Origin: Amoebidium appalachense
Lineage: Eukaryota > Protista > Ichthyosporea
Direction: 5' to 3'
NCBI GenBank assembly: GCA_963693365.1
Contig: CAVNZM010000008.1
Span: 2,294,001 to 2,358,000, forward strand
DNA: 64,000 nucleotides
Position numbers and translations under genes: made by a program. Positions 62,444-64,000 of the stretch are shown one piece after another; positions within the stretch are counted from its first letter, which is position 1; every line of letters starts with the position of its first letter. A model generated the notes under the pieces. The model saw nothing but the letters and a program-made list of their open reading frames with translations. It was not told the DNA's origin and searched no databases.

Positions 62444-64000
62444 AACAACAAAAAAAAGAAAGAAAGAAAGAAAGGCGCCGTTTAGGCGCACAGGATAATG
62501 TCCATTCGGGGGAGAAACCGAACGCCCCAACACGTGCTTGAGCGCGGCGCCGAGTTTTTTCTGGCCGGGAATTCTTCTGTCGATGTTGTTTGCAGCGGCC
62601 CAGCGCCGCAGCAGCGCAACAAACGTCGTGGTTGTCATGTACATACCCTCGTAGTCATCCCAATCCTCGCACACCTCCTCGCGCCTCCCCATGTCGTGGA
62701 AGAACTCATACTCAACCGGAAGGGGGTCTGTGAGGTCCTGAAGCCTGCGCTTGAGTCCGGTCATAGGCGGCAGAATGCGTACACGATCATTAAGGTCGAT
62801 CCGCATGAGGTAGTGGTAGAGATGCTCTAGCCCGGATGCATCTCCCTCGGTGTAGGCGGCTGCCAGCTCGTTGAAGTAGTCGTGATCCCCAACCCTGGCA
62901 GGGGATACCTCCATGCACGCGTAGCGGCGGTCTGTCCGGGACACGGGAATGGGGTGCTCCTCGTTGCTGAGCAGGATCCAGCGCTCACACGACTTGATGG
63001 TAGTAACGGGCAGTCCCTTTCTCTCCATGGACATCCTGTCGTCCGTGATGAGTGTCTTGAGGTGGTTGGGGATGCGGTGACTCTTGCCATAGGTGACCTA
63101 TGGAAACAGGACGTGTTAGCATGATCTGCTTCATATGAATCTACACCCCCACCCCCCAAACAACATATGCATGCACTTCCAGTGTGTGCATCCGAGCATG
63201 GCGCGCGTGTGTGTAGCGCTTCTAAAGAGATGGGTCTTGGGCGCTTCTGCATGTGTGTGTGTGCGCTAATCCAATTAGCACACAGGCTTCTCACCTCGTT
63301 ACACAGGACCAGCAGCTTGAACGAATAGCCCTCATTGAACCTCGTGTCGATCCGGTGCTCGTTCTCGACGGTGCCAACCAGGTGCATGCCTAGCATCTGC
63401 TTGATGATCGTGCAGAACACATCCTTGCCTGTGCCCTCAATGGAGCGCAGCAGCAACCCGCACTGGGGCTTGCGCTCCGGCACCTGGACAAGGTGAGCGA
63501 GCCACTGCATCAGGAAGTCGAACAAGCGCTCGTCGCGGTTGCAGATGATGTACTTGGTGTGGTAGAGGAAGCGCTGCAGTTTCTCTTCCTCGATTTCAAA
63601 GTTCTCGCGGTAGCGAAAGCGAAAACCTGGAAACATGTTGAAAACGCGGTTGAGGCTGTGCAAGTAGATGTCCCTGCGCACACCGGTTCTTGGCTCGGGG
63701 TCGGAGGGGTCGAAGACAAGATGGGCATAGGTGAGCCGGCGGCCACTGGAGAGGTAAAGGGTGCCGCGCAGGGGTGGCTGGGGGTCCCCGTCTTCGTTTG
63801 GGGGCTGTGGAAACTCAAAGGCCTCGAGAAATACGCGGACCTGGTCACGTGTCTTGAGCTCAAACGTAACAGGGAGGCCGTCGATGTTGCGCGTTTTGTG
63901 GATGAATGCATTGGGGGTTGCTACATAGGCAATGTGCTTGCTGATGTAGTCGCACACCTCTTGTTCGCTCCATGCATGTCTGCTCCTGCACACATCGGGA
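62120..64000 (-). CDS. Virus/phage-type SF3 primase-associated helicase (D5/NrS-1-like) with spliceosomal introns; 5' end beyond the window
   Basis: FNMFPGF, QWLAHLVQVPERKPQCGLLLRSIEGTGKD (Walker A), LLVLCNE (Walker B), LKTLITDDRMSMERKG, ILLSN (sensor) and DRRY (Arg finger). A phase-0 GT-AG intron at 63294..63098 joins the two supplied ORFs. Probable GC-AG intron at 62478..62233; the 3' end is uncertain. Confidence 0.85.

Overview
Eukaryotic nuclear DNA with spliceosomal introns. Introns and intergenic DNA are saturated with (CA)n/(GT)n, (CT)n and 20-50 nt poly-C/poly-G tracts, so most of the supplied ORFs are microsatellite artefacts. Manual exon reconstruction gives: the 3' part of a tail-anchored ankyrin-repeat gene; a Gln/Pro-rich bZIP transcription factor; three disabled copies of a rolling-stone-like multipass membrane gene (tandem plus inverted); a small secreted Cys-rich protein; a Pro/Gln-rich gene that may start with a partial Zn2Cys6-like motif; a complete 15-exon flotillin; an intronless BTG/Tob gene; a charged putative nuclear protein; a 4-exon alpha/beta hydrolase; and, at the right edge, a phage/virus-type SF3 primase-helicase gene carrying spliceosomal introns. 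Mobile DNA includes a 5'-truncated repeat family that ends in, and usually sits in, poly-C, a Helentron-like insertion, a foldback MITE and a TSD-flanked insertion. The mix of animal-like and fungal-like genes suggests a unicellular opisthokont such as an ichthyosporean (inference only). Three genes each need one extra C to stay in frame, which is probably assembly error. All family assignments are from motif recognition by eye, not database searches.
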